A DNA stretch of 64,000 nt from an uncultured Propionibacteriaceae bacterium (GTDB lineage Bacteria > Actinomycetota > Actinomycetes > Propionibacteriales > Propionibacteriaceae): assembly GCA_938012815.1 (NCBI GenBank), contig CALLVV010000059.1, forward strand, positions 4,129 through 68,128, written 5' to 3'. Positions 46,101 to 53,557 of the stretch are shown piece after piece (position 1 is the first letter of the stretch; each line of letters opens with the position of its first letter). A program made the position numbers and the translations under genes. A model generated the notes under the pieces. It saw nothing but the letters and a program-made list of their open reading frames with translations. It ran no database searches and was not told where the DNA came from.

Positions 46101-49100
46101 ACCGAGCACTACCTGCGACTCGAACTGCATCACATCGTCGGCGACCAGACTTCGTTGGCGGTGCTCGGCAAGGACCTCACCGCGGCATGGGCAGGTCGCG
46201 AACTGGACGTTGCACCGCTGCCCTATCCCACGTACATGGCTGCCGTGGCGGAACTCGAGGCATCCGGTGCATTCGCCGAGGACGTCGCCTTCTTCACCGA
46301 CATGATCTCCGGAGCCCCTCCACGTCTCGAGCTGCCATACGACCAGTCCCCTCCGGAAGAACCCACGTTCTCCGGGGACCGGCTGACAATCGACTGCGCC
46401 GTGGACAAAGAGTCCTTGGCCACTCTGGCCTCGGTTTCCCGGGCCACCCCCTACGCAGTGTTCCTGACCGCCGTGACCAGGGTGTTGAGTCTGTTCAGCG
46501 GCCAGTCGGAATTCCTGCTGGGGACCGCGCTGGCCGGACGGACGCTGGCAGGCGCCGAGAACACCGTCGGGATGTTCGTCAACACCCTGCCGTTGTGCAT
46601 GAAGGACGCATCCGACCGGAGCGTGCGCAACGCCGTGCGAAGCGCACGCGACCACGCGGCCGAGGTCCTCTCCCATCAGAACGCCCCCTTCGAGCAGGTA
46701 CTCGCGGCCAGCGGAACACAAGTCGGTGAACAGGCCCAACCGCTGTTCGACGTGTTGATCAGCTTCGTCAACATGGGCACCGAGGATCTCGAACTCGACG
46801 GACTGACACTGGAGGCCCTGCCACCAGGAGAACTGCGCAGCCGCTACCCCCTGTCCTTCAGCATCGCGGAACACGCCGACCGCTACAGCATCGATTTCGA
46901 ATACCAGACGGAACTGTTCCGCCGGGACACCATCGCCACGATGGCCGGCCACCTGGACCGCCTCCTGGTCGAGATGGCCGAGGATCCCGACCGCGCCCTG
47001 GCTTCCGCACCGTTGGAGTCCGCCGAGGAGCATGCCCGGCGACGCGAGGCGATGACGGGGAGCGGGTCACCCGTCACCACGGCCCTGGACACGCCCCTGC
47101 GCACGTCGTTCGCCCGTCACGCGAAGCTGCCGGCCCTGCGTTGGGAAGGCGAGGAATGGACCTACGCCGAGGTGGACGAAATCACCGACGCCCTGGCCGG
47201 AGGGTTGCAGCGGGAAGGAGTCGAACCGGGAACTGTGGTGGGAACCATCATCGACCGCGGCCCCTGGCAGGTCTGGTCCCGGCTCGCACTGGCCAAGTGC
47301 GGGGCCGTCGAGCTCCCCCTCGATCCCGGAGCACCGGCCAAGCGGATCAACCAGACCCTGTCCGATGCCCGGGCCCGAGCGGTGCTGTGCAGCGACCCGC
47401 GGTCCCACATACTCCCTGAGGACGTGACGGCGTATCGCCCGGACCTTCTCTCCGGCCCCTTCCAACAGCCCGGCAGCCTGATTCCCGACAGCCCACTGAT
47501 CATGATCTACACCTCCGGCACCACGGGACGCCCCAAGGGTGTGCTCGTCACCCACGGCGGCGTGCTGAGCGCCTGCGCGGACACGGGATACATGCACTAC
47601 GGACCGGGTGATCGCGTGCTGCACCTGACCAGCTACACCTTCGACCCATCGATGTTCGACGTCTACAGCGCGTTGCTGTCCGGGGCGACCATCGTGATGG
47701 GTGGCCACGACCACAACATGGACATGCACATGCTGGCCGATCTGCTGACCTCGGAGAAGGTCACCAAGGGTTTGCTCATCACTGCCGTCTTCCATCTGCT
47801 GATGGCCGAGAACCCTGAGGCGGTGGCGAACATGTCGGCCCTGTTCGTGGGTGGCGAGGCCATGCAGCCATGGGCCGCCCAGCGCGCTTACGATGTCATG
47901 GGCCCGGGCCGGTTGTTCAACCTGTACGGCCCCACGGAGTCATCGATCGTCAGCACCTTCTTCCGCATGGACGAACGTCCTGAATTCACGCGCATGCCGA
48001 TCGGGTTCCCCACGAACAACCGGGAGCTTTTCATCCTGCATCCCGACGGCACGGACGTGCCCCGCGGCGTCCCGGGTGAACTGTGCATCGCAGGTGCCGG
48101 CCTGGCCCTGGGTTACCACCAACGCCCGGAGCTGACCGACGAGAAGTTCCCGGATTGCCTGGTGGGTCCGGGCAAGCGCATTTACCGTACCGGGGACCGG
48201 GTGGTCCTGGATGACGAGTACCGGGTGGTCTACCTGGATCGCGTGGACCGGCAGGTCAAGCACGCGGGCTATCGGATCGAACTGTCCGAGATCGAGATCG
48301 TGGCCCAGGCCCATCCCGGGGTGGTCGAGGCCGTCATCGTCCACACCAGCACGGGCGAGAACGATAGCCGCCTGCTCGGGTTCTACACCGGTGATGCCGA
48401 TCCTTCCGATCTGCGCGCACATCTCCTGACCTCACTGCCCTCCTACATGGTTCCCCAGCAGCTGCGTCGAGTGGCCGAGTTCCCCCTGACCGGCCACGGC
48501 AAAGTGGACCGTCACCGTCTGCTCGCCCTGTGCGACACCATCCCCGAGGCGACCGGACAACCCTCCACGACGGCAGAGCCCTCCCCGGACATGGCAACGG
48601 AGAATGTTTCCCGGGACATCCTGGCCATGGCCAGGGCAACCTTCGGCATGCCCGAGCTGTCCGCCACCGCGAATTTCTTCGCACTCGGTGTCCAGTCGAT
48701 CCAGGCCATCGCCCTGACACGCAAACTCCGTGAAACCGGCCTCGAGGCCCAGGTCAGCGACATCTACCGCTATCCCTCGGTGGCACAGCTCACCCAGGCC
48801 CTCAGGGCATCTGATTCGTCCCCCAGCCCAACGGTTCCCGTCGCCCCGACCGAATCAACTCGCCGACTGACCCAGCGGCACCTGGACCGGCTGGCAGCTG
48901 ACATCGTCATGGACGCCAGTGATCTGGCCGAGGCCTTCGCCTGCGACGCCCCGAGCTACCGATTCGATGCGGGAGTCCTGAGCCACCTGCACGCCTCACG
49001 GGCGTCGACCGGCGGGTTCGTCCACACCGTCGGCGACACGGACGCCGTCACGCTTCTGGAAGCGCTGGCTGACATCGTGGCCGACCACGAGATGCTGCGG

Positions 49101-50075
49101 GCCCGTTCCACCGGTGATGGTTTCGACGTGATCTCCGCTGAAACGGTGGCTGATCTGCCCGTGCTCATCCGAGTTCACGACCTCAGCCGGATTCCGGCCG
49201 ACCAGGTGATCGACATCACCAATGCCGTGGCCCGGGACCTCACGAACGCGCCTTTCGGCTCAGGTCTGCTGTGGCGCTGCGCAATCATCCTGGAACCCGA
49301 GAACTCGGCACGCCTGATCTGGGCGTTCCACCACAGCATTTTCGACGGCTTCAGCGCACAACTGCTGCATGACGAGCTGCAACACCGTGTCCTCGGGGAC
49401 GCGATTCCCCCAGCCCAGCGGTACAGCGCTTTCCTGACTGACCTCGCCGTGGACCACGACTGGGAGGACGAGCTGCGACGCTTCGACTACTCCCGCTGGT
49501 TGGCCTCCAACGAGTCCGTGACCAGGGCGCTCCGCACCTCCGGGCCCCTGCCGCGTCGCCTGTCAGTGCCCTTGAACGGCGAGAACCCTCTCGATCTGGG
49601 CCTGCGTTCGGTCCATTCCCAACTGGCCGAGCTCAGCAACAAATCCGAGATCGCGGTGGGAATGGTCTCCGACTGTCGCCAGTGGCAGGACACGAACTAC
49701 TCGTCCTGCGTCGGGGAATTCCTGGATGCGGTCCCGGTCATGCTGAACGGCGAGAACGACCAACCTGCAATCACCGCACGACTGGCGAACGCGAAGAACC
49801 AAGGCCTGCACTACCTGCACACGCTGTTCACCACCACACATCGAGACGAAAAGCTCCTGGAGCAGCTCCGCTCCACATACCACGGCGACGACGGAAAACT
49901 CGGTTTCATCCTGGTCAATTTCCAAGGCCGCATCGACCCCGCCGATCTTCCCTCCGAGGATGTCGCTGGCCCCACACTGGCCACGGCCCAGGTCAACCTC
50001 TGGTACGACGACGACGCGCTGCACGTGCAGTGGATCACTGATTCCGAGCAGCTGGTGGCAGGCGGTGCGGCATGA
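34164..50075 (+). CDS. Hybrid NRPS-PKS megasynthase, 5303 aa: C-A-T-KS-AT-ACP-C-A-T-KS-(degenerate AT)-ACP-C-A-T-C
   Basis: C motifs HHLIADG, HHIIGDA, HHIVGDQ, HHSIFDG; three YTSGS/TTGRPKG, YGPTE and YRTGD sets; carriers GGTSL, GGDSL, GGNSF, GGDSL, GVQSI; KS active sites SGCSSS and TACSTS with HGTGT and IGH; AT GHSVG..QAFH; RBS AGGAG before ATG 34164. Confidence 0.95.
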   Translation: MTEPTLPMSPAQQGMYFDSQLRQSADYHIAIELCTEHLSRSRLTQAVSAVVAEQPALRASVARNESGPVYTIAESVEAPVRHHDLTGAEENLDKIFHTARHTPFQLNTAPLFRVVAARLPDGDRLLVVCHHLIADGQSVSILTDRIIDLARGTREITASRTDQGLFTYQNGQLSRPSPETLARRESFWSENLPRHRIPQLDHWLLASPHEDAAREFRLTVPRDTAEAVRETAQEAEVSEFTVYLAAFGALLAHYAGEDQVSFASPFMDRPHLEMENSIGCFIRTLPVLIDVSPGLRVRDLLERTRSEVMGLWRNLDFPVARKLSGLSSAGLFDITFIHDAYPELPEGVRAATHPDEVHFPGRLTVTIEQLGDNTDIVIWYKESALTAERAARFAERLLALIQQIPTHLDVPVTELQPMSASERSDLLAASRATHYFDWDPTDLGTLFLNRTNADPARETWFDETRGYTNAWAHDAAVLVQRHILDAIGADKRPVAVLLPRGATLLAAILGTVLSGHPYVPLSEHMPAARILDMLSDADAAAVITFSDLELELPDQVKRLDLDTCDDVAALTGDHRDTIAEIPAPVDRAPEDLLYIEYTSGSTGRPKGVAITHANVQNTALDLERRFPLGRDDVFLLKTSFTFDIFGTELYGWLVGDGRLAILPVGQEGDPQALARAVRTYGVTHLNSSPTMLRVLLATIESTGRRHDLDGLTHLFSGGEALTPDIIERFHALGLPCTLENVYGPTEATMWATHTRIHPEDSVANAPIGTPLNDYRIYILNRRGELCGADLPGEVCIAGAGVGVGYLNREELTARQFVENPFFDADIDPEHMRRMYRTGDLGFLRPDGRFAFSRRIDRQVKVGGLRVELGEIEQALHRIDGVVEAAVLVDDSAAEPRLAGFYASESPIPADRIRASLGKVLISQFIPSVLMQVDALPTSAAGKLDRAALRALLDQQNDHTDASVTTTVATRLADLWQNVLGRPITDHHRTFFEAGGTSLSLMRLQLRLQETFGTQIGITDLLSHPTIAAQSELVEPQRVSSEKSTGPAHTLGDDIAIIGIGLQVQKAQDVHDFWKILVAGEETITFHDDDELRRLGVPEHQLRDPNYVKASGRIEGIDEFDDHLFRIAPAEVDVTSPQLRLLYKCFWLACEDAGYDPRKLPGRVGVFAAGSDDFEWYQRTVMNPASFGDAYQNFTLATNHFLSTRLSYHFDLTGPSLSALSGCSSSLLTVHLAVQALRSGECDLAVAGGVTVELPNGGGYQWTDGMMLSRDGHCRPFDADASGTVFSNGAALLVLKPLTSARRDGDPVYAVIKGSASGNDGRRKQSYTAPSEDGQYETISAAYRTAGIDPATVSFVEAHGTGTLLGDPIEVASLARAFSTAPMGSCLLGSVKGNIGHTDSAAGAVGLSKVALSLKHRLFPGTLNFSRPNPHIDFEATPFEVSSTNRSLDGDQIRAGINSFGVGGTNVHMILDEAPVLPETDDQPHTLLQFSGASREAMIRTAKRIVEHVAADNSVKLADAAVTLRSRAELPHRGTLVISPDEPRDTDAWIKRLHHSELPAETSRPRVALLFSGQGNQYHRMGHGLYTSDSSIGGMFRGWMDDLIDMLPRDDARDFREVLHTGSDDGRIHRTEWSQFALFSTQFALAKVLESFGIVPDVLLGHSVGELTAAALAGVWGPEDAARLVRERGLLMQSQPPGIMIATLAPAARVADAIAGTPDAWVCLDNSPERSVVGMAPHALDDVLAKLDAAGIIGTRLHTSQAFHTPMMDAAATAFTAAVAKVTSRDPRLPIISNRSGQLVRPGEMTEPGYWGDHITGAVRFTDSITTLLADGPVLGIETGPGNSLATFVAQVGGTDRQVVGLVRHAASDVADEAHLLAGLGDLWIAGLPLDWSEHDTGHRRSLPGYSFDADPHPVSGGTAAVTTPVREEPRFVHTNRLDAFRDAFRQVLGHADVSADDNFFTLGGDSLKATGLTAQLKALLGVEATVADVFAAPTPAALEARLRTETAVTHMAKAPEAADHPLSPAQERMYLAARLDPESVTYNMASATWLNGLLDRDRLRSALARLVERHEPLRTTFAARNGEIRQGLTRIDRNDLPLSFTRGPATPESAGEHLARFVRPFNLETGPLFRMEIVEDTNASLLLFDLHHIIGDATSAEILARDFGELYDTELPPLPHQYTDYIHHVRVVEQDENLAEAENALLTQLTDPPTADVLPLDRPRAERASGAGRVAWTLSAERAAELTELAEARQATLSMVMLAAWGAVLSRYNGTEDLVIGTPVSGRTLAETREMIGMFVNMLPIRLKPHSGTSFDDYLADTRTTMLDALSAQDVPFDRIVEKLGQRRTAGRHPLFDVSFDYHNMEHHQLRIGGLKGQQIETDPLAVGMDLVITATETADGIQFLLDYSSDLFDASTITSLAHHLDAFLEHVCADSTAPIGTISIYTEAEHDAWLSRLIGAPFTAIHDLVARQAVERPQATAVIDGTGRSYSFAQLDAHANAVATRLLEAGVSPGDPVALVTVRDASLLIAQLAICKAGGAYVPLDPTQPVDRHASILDDARPRVALAPAGFTSTATIPTVIDLATCTQAGTKHFNGPKVSADSPVYVVYTSGSTGRPKGIAVKHRGLANLFQDHLRRDIFAPGEVIISLADPTFDIFAFESLIPLAAGATVHLCPSEDQKDASAIARRIAAHRVTHIQVPVSKMTALCGNRRFRDQLPRLRVIVCGGEHFSENLVDLLHDNTDARIFNMYGPTETTVTTTVKELAPGDAVTIGSPIFGSHVLVVGETGMAQPAGVPGELCIAGQGLAAGYVNRPDETRRAFTTLPELPELPVYRTGDVGVALPNGEILLKGRTDHQVKVNGNRIELGEIEQTAMRAPGITYAIALVEDGDIVCYFTTDESAKDPVTAIRSAIAASLPCYMTPQHFHQVSDMPRLPNNKIDRSALSTLRPDTQPATKAPTGTDFLDVIMSTWTQVLGRGVAADDNFFDIGGNSFKLMLVNNQLNEILDREIPLVQLFEYPTPRALAAILDNGGAPERPRTERTFSLEDLSDVEDQGTSDAPMLPEDRNTSAPPVSRRIAVVGVAGTFPGAPSVREHWNNRANGVVSVRRFTRDELLASGIDQTIVDHPDYVPARGHIAADTFDFDFFSYSRRDAETMDPQLRLLHETAWHTLEDAGYDPRRLHGDVALFAGSGTNFAWLAGLLQQHSEPLAAFEAMTSNEKDFLATKVAYKLDLTGPAVTVQTACSTSLVAIHEAVSCLRRGEADMALAGGVALNFPRVEGYVWHDGMILSPDGTCCPFSADASGTVAGQGCGMVLLKPLDRALGDGDHIYAVIAGSAINNDGDAKVGYTAPGVQGQERVIRSALADAGISADEVDFVETHGTGTALGDPIEYTALSHVYGQSSPCALGAVKANIGHLDAAAGVAGFLGAVGVLHQQQIPPLANFAELNRAIDPAGQLYVPVGQAVASTVRKAAVSSFGIGGTNAHIILEQAPPTDDGEVAPTSSVILGVSARTEESRRRMQSDLVDAIGSGAPIRDVAYTLATGRSEFDSRAAALVSPGAPLTWMDADTPAMLGEASDDVHLVVADHRDAEDALVDAYLEQVELWLSRFDAKARTAVQDALTGRSGDGIVRRIAQFVLRAALLSTLGPDCLTARHGQDRLLRVARAHATGMLDASQAMSRLRSRDIPVPALPPIADGTTVTGPITGDLLRTLLASLWVRGADVDRNWFHTGGHRISLPGYAFVPQRLPSDVRLDQMLKATERTGAAPATVPAPTDPAEPQDAGDALKAAWAKVIGTVPEETDDFLTSGGDSLTAVHLCSLIKEATGQALSVRDVFATPTFGALRAQLAGSVVKSAAPELAVEAVHGLFPASAAQRRIYALCSMRNDTTAYNMAIDHKVTGHLDIDRLRRACAALVSRHDQLRASFHLEGTDLMMHVHTEVSDVVTHERVTAQEARRRLAAEPRAFDLTRAPLFRVEVLTVNDTEHYLRLELHHIVGDQTSLAVLGKDLTAAWAGRELDVAPLPYPTYMAAVAELEASGAFAEDVAFFTDMISGAPPRLELPYDQSPPEEPTFSGDRLTIDCAVDKESLATLASVSRATPYAVFLTAVTRVLSLFSGQSEFLLGTALAGRTLAGAENTVGMFVNTLPLCMKDASDRSVRNAVRSARDHAAEVLSHQNAPFEQVLAASGTQVGEQAQPLFDVLISFVNMGTEDLELDGLTLEALPPGELRSRYPLSFSIAEHADRYSIDFEYQTELFRRDTIATMAGHLDRLLVEMAEDPDRALASAPLESAEEHARRREAMTGSGSPVTTALDTPLRTSFARHAKLPALRWEGEEWTYAEVDEITDALAGGLQREGVEPGTVVGTIIDRGPWQVWSRLALAKCGAVELPLDPGAPAKRINQTLSDARARAVLCSDPRSHILPEDVTAYRPDLLSGPFQQPGSLIPDSPLIMIYTSGTTGRPKGVLVTHGGVLSACADTGYMHYGPGDRVLHLTSYTFDPSMFDVYSALLSGATIVMGGHDHNMDMHMLADLLTSEKVTKGLLITAVFHLLMAENPEAVANMSALFVGGEAMQPWAAQRAYDVMGPGRLFNLYGPTESSIVSTFFRMDERPEFTRMPIGFPTNNRELFILHPDGTDVPRGVPGELCIAGAGLALGYHQRPELTDEKFPDCLVGPGKRIYRTGDRVVLDDEYRVVYLDRVDRQVKHAGYRIELSEIEIVAQAHPGVVEAVIVHTSTGENDSRLLGFYTGDADPSDLRAHLLTSLPSYMVPQQLRRVAEFPLTGHGKVDRHRLLALCDTIPEATGQPSTTAEPSPDMATENVSRDILAMARATFGMPELSATANFFALGVQSIQAIALTRKLRETGLEAQVSDIYRYPSVAQLTQALRASDSSPSPTVPVAPTESTRRLTQRHLDRLAADIVMDASDLAEAFACDAPSYRFDAGVLSHLHASRASTGGFVHTVGDTDAVTLLEALADIVADHEMLRARSTGDGFDVISAETVADLPVLIRVHDLSRIPADQVIDITNAVARDLTNAPFGSGLLWRCAIILEPENSARLIWAFHHSIFDGFSAQLLHDELQHRVLGDAIPPAQRYSAFLTDLAVDHDWEDELRRFDYSRWLASNESVTRALRTSGPLPRRLSVPLNGENPLDLGLRSVHSQLAELSNKSEIAVGMVSDCRQWQDTNYSSCVGEFLDAVPVMLNGENDQPAITARLANAKNQGLHYLHTLFTTTHRDEKLLEQLRSTYHGDDGKLGFILVNFQGRIDPADLPSEDVAGPTLATAQVNLWYDDDALHVQWITDSEQLVAGGAA

Positions 50076-51907
50076 GCAGCGCACCGGCGATCGCCATCAC
50101 CGGACTTGCGCTTCGTCTCCCTGGAGCCGAGACCCAGGACGAGTTCTGGCAGCTCCTCGCCGACGGGGTGGACAAAACGGCTCCTGTGAGCCAGCACCGA
50201 CGTGACCTGGCATCGAACCAGAACTGGACGGACACCGTGGGTGAACTGGACGACATCCAACGCTTCGACGCCGAGTTCTTCGGGATCGAGGCCGAGGAGG
50301 CCAGGTTCATGGACCCGCAGCAGCGCATCCTGATGGAGGTGGCCCACGACGCCGTCTGCGACGCGGGACTCGTGGAACCCCATCGCCCCGCGGATCGTCG
50401 TTATGCGGTCTACATGGCGCTCGCGACGAATTCCTACTACCCGTTGGTGTGCCAACACCTGGCGCGCAACGGCCAGGACAGCGTCCATCCGCGCACGATC
50501 ATGAACAGCATCAACAGTGCCGTTGCGGCCCGAATTTCCCACCAGCACAACTTCACAGGCCCGGTCATGTCCGTGGACACGGCCTGCTCATCATTCCTGA
50601 GCGCGTTGGTGGAAGCGCTCGAGGCCATCGCACACTCGCAGTGCGACGGCGCCGTGGTGGGGGGAGCCAACATCCTCAGCTCTGCTTTCTCGAGCATGTT
50701 GTGCAACGCAGGTGGGATCACCACCCCCACCGGTGTGACACGCGTGTTCGACGCGGAGGCCAACGGCACCCTGATCGGGGAGGGCGCAGTGGTGGTGGTT
50801 CTGGAACGCGAGGACATCGCCCGCCGCAAGAACCGTCACGTCTACGGCCGAATCCTGGCCCACGCCATCAACAACGACGGCGCTTCACTCAACATCATGG
50901 CGCCCAATCCACGTGGCCAGGCCCGAGTGATCCGGGACTGCTACGCCTCTGGCGTGGACCACACCCGCGTCGGCTACATCGAAGCCCATGGCACGGGAAC
51001 CCGGATCGGCGACCCCATCGAGGTCAATGCGCTAGGGCAGGTCTACCGAAATGAGGATTTCACCGATCGCAAGGTGGGCATCGGCTCCGTCAAATCGAAC
51101 TTCGGGCACCTGCTGGCCGCCGCTGGCGGCGTCGGCCTGGCGAAACTGCTTCTCAGTCTTCAGCACGGCCGGATGGTTCCCAGCCTCAACCTGCGCACCG
51201 TCAACCCGTTGCTCCAGCTGGAGGAGACCCCCTTCGAGGTGGTAACCGAGTTGCGGTCGTGGGACCGGACCGATGACCAACCGAGGGTTGGGGCAATCAC
51301 GTCGCTGGGGCTGGGAGGCACCAACGTGCACCTGGTGGTGGCCGAAGGCACCCCCCCACGCCACGGCGCCGAGCTGAAACACCCCGTGCTCTGCCTTTCC
51401 GCGACCACCCCGGTCGCACTCGAGGAACGCACCGCCGAGGCACGCCGGCTGCTCGCATCCGGTGCCGATCCCTACAACCTCGTCATGACGTTCAGCCGGT
51501 TCCGGCCAGCCCATGAATGGCGCGCCACACTGCGCTGGGACCCGACCGATCCGCAGGACGTCCGGGTCACGGCCGGCAGACCCCGGGCCACTGTCCGGAA
51601 GCTACTGCTACGACCCACGCCGGAAACCCTGACGCGGGAGGACTTCTTCCGCCGGGTGTTCACCGGACGGGTGATCGTCTCCTCTGCCGCCGCCCGCCGT
51701 ACCGATCTCGCGGTCGTCATCGGAGAACCCGGAGAGAAAGACCTCCTCGCTCTCGACCCTGATCTGCCGGACATGGAAATCGCTACCCAGTTGTTCCTGA
51801 ACGGCTGCCTGCTCGACTGGGAAGTTTTCTTCCCCGACGGCCAAGGCACCCTCCTCACCCTCAACCCCTACCCCTTTGCGCACACCGCGCACTGGATTCC
51901 CGCGTGA
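50072..51907 (+). CDS. Standalone type I ketosynthase without AT
   Basis: MDPQQR, DTACSS, EAHGTGT, FGHLLAAAG; ATGA overlap with the megasynthase. Confidence 0.92.
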   Translation: MSSAPAIAITGLALRLPGAETQDEFWQLLADGVDKTAPVSQHRRDLASNQNWTDTVGELDDIQRFDAEFFGIEAEEARFMDPQQRILMEVAHDAVCDAGLVEPHRPADRRYAVYMALATNSYYPLVCQHLARNGQDSVHPRTIMNSINSAVAARISHQHNFTGPVMSVDTACSSFLSALVEALEAIAHSQCDGAVVGGANILSSAFSSMLCNAGGITTPTGVTRVFDAEANGTLIGEGAVVVVLEREDIARRKNRHVYGRILAHAINNDGASLNIMAPNPRGQARVIRDCYASGVDHTRVGYIEAHGTGTRIGDPIEVNALGQVYRNEDFTDRKVGIGSVKSNFGHLLAAAGGVGLAKLLLSLQHGRMVPSLNLRTVNPLLQLEETPFEVVTELRSWDRTDDQPRVGAITSLGLGGTNVHLVVAEGTPPRHGAELKHPVLCLSATTPVALEERTAEARRLLASGADPYNLVMTFSRFRPAHEWRATLRWDPTDPQDVRVTAGRPRATVRKLLLRPTPETLTREDFFRRVFTGRVIVSSAAARRTDLAVVIGEPGEKDLLALDPDLPDMEIATQLFLNGCLLDWEVFFPDGQGTLLTLNPYPFAHTAHWIPA

Positions 51908-51927
51908 CAACGACAAGGAGAAACATC

Positions 51928-52167
51928 ATGAACAAGGAAACCATCAAGAACGCACTGATCAACGAGATCTCCTCCGAACTCAAGGTCGCCCCCACGGATG
52001 TCGACGAGTACGCCAGCTTCACGCGGATGGGGGTGTCCTCGGTGCAGGCACTGAAGATCATCAATCATCTCCGGAAGGAACTGTCCGTCAACGTCAACCC
52101 AGTTGCGCTGTTCGAGTTCAACACCGTCGACGACATCAGCACCTACCTAGCCGAAGAGTTCGCCTGA
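51928..52167 (+). CDS. Acyl carrier protein
   Basis: 79 aa, acidic, FTRMGVSSVQAL (GxSS variant of GxDS), LFEFNTV; RBS AAGGAG. Confidence 0.88.
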   Translation: MNKETIKNALINEISSELKVAPTDVDEYASFTRMGVSSVQALKIINHLRKELSVNVNPVALFEFNTVDDISTYLAEEFA

Positions 52168-52194
52168 ACAACGGCGAGACGGAAAGGAAAACCC

Positions 52195-53544
52195 ATGACC
52201 GCGACAATCGAACCGAAGACGATCAGGTCAACGAACAACCTGGCCTACCACGAAAGGCTGAAACGCATCCTTCCCGGCGGGGTCCACTACAACTTCAACA
52301 TGCCCTGGGAGGAGATTCCCATACACTTCGTCGGGGGTGACGGAAGCCGACTCACCGACATGGACGGCAATGAATACCTCGACCTCTACGCGCGTTTCGG
52401 CGCCATGATCCTGGGGCACCAGAACCCCGAGTACCTGGACGCCCTCACTGAAGCCATGCAGCGCGTGCTCTGCGTGAGTCACTGCGACTTCGACGCAGAC
52501 GCATTGGAGATCATGCACGCTCACATTCCCTCGGCAGAGATGATCCGCTTCGGGCTGTCCGGCACCGAAATCCTACAGACCGCGTTGCGACTGGCGCGGG
52601 CCCACACGGGACGCAATCGCTTCCTACGGTTCGAGAACCACTACCACGGAAATGCCGACAACATCATGGGGGGCCATGTGGTCGACCCGAGGCATCCGGT
52701 TCCCGTGGAATTCCGCGGCGACTACAAGGGCACCGCGGGACGAGCGAAGGACATCATGGCCGACCAGTCCTTCCTGCTGCCGTGGAACGATGCCGAGAGG
52801 CTCCAGCAGTTCTTCGACGAGCACGGCCACATGCTGGCCTGCGTGCTCACCGAGCCCGTGTGTGTCAATGGTGGCTCCATCGAGCCCGCGCCCGGTTTCC
52901 TCGAATTGCTGCGAAAACTGTGCACCGAACACGGCGTCGTGTTGATCTTCGACGAGATGATCACGGGAATGCGACTCGGCGTGGGCGGGGCACAGGCCCG
53001 CTACGGCGTGACCCCGGATCTGGCAACCTTCGGGAAGGCCATCGCAGGGGGTGGTGTTCCCGTCTCCGCAATCACCGGACGACGCGAGATCATGTCCTTG
53101 CTGGAGAACAAGAAGGTCATCCACGCCGGCACCTACAACGGTTATCCCCTGGGCAGCGCCGCGGTGCACGCAACGTTCGAGATCCTGTCCCGCAACGATG
53201 GCGAGGCCCTGCGCAACATGTACGAACGCACCGAGACCCTGCACAAGATCCTGATCGATTCCGCCGAAACAGCCGGCCTGCCGCTCATCGTGCAGGGACC
53301 GGCCGGACTCGCTTCCTTCCACTGCGCGCCGAGGCCTCTGCAGCACCCTTCCGAGTACGACTTCGAGGTGATGGCAAAGGACATCATCGTCGCCACCGCG
53401 CTACAGCGTCACGGCGTACTGGTCTCCAGCATCTCCCGTATCTACCCCAACATCCAGCTGAGCGATGCGGACCTCGAGTACTTCGCACGCCGCGCTCCCC
53501 TCGCCCTGCGCGAGGCGAAGGCCACCATCGACGAGATCTACTGA
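52195..53544 (+). CDS. Class III PLP aminotransferase (GSAM-like)
   Basis: DMDGNEYLD, SGTE, FENHYHG, LIFDEMITG.R, PDLATFGKAIAGG, HAGTYNG. Confidence 0.93.
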   Translation: MTATIEPKTIRSTNNLAYHERLKRILPGGVHYNFNMPWEEIPIHFVGGDGSRLTDMDGNEYLDLYARFGAMILGHQNPEYLDALTEAMQRVLCVSHCDFDADALEIMHAHIPSAEMIRFGLSGTEILQTALRLARAHTGRNRFLRFENHYHGNADNIMGGHVVDPRHPVPVEFRGDYKGTAGRAKDIMADQSFLLPWNDAERLQQFFDEHGHMLACVLTEPVCVNGGSIEPAPGFLELLRKLCTEHGVVLIFDEMITGMRLGVGGAQARYGVTPDLATFGKAIAGGGVPVSAITGRREIMSLLENKKVIHAGTYNGYPLGSAAVHATFEILSRNDGEALRNMYERTETLHKILIDSAETAGLPLIVQGPAGLASFHCAPRPLQHPSEYDFEVMAKDIIVATALQRHGVLVSSISRIYPNIQLSDADLEYFARRAPLALREAKATIDEIY

Positions 53545-53557
53545 TCGAGGAGCTCCC

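Noticed and set aside
35451..47033. Long minus-strand ORFs inside the NRPS-PKS gene (557, 532, 690 and 584 aa)
   Set aside because: Antisense shadows of the megasynthase
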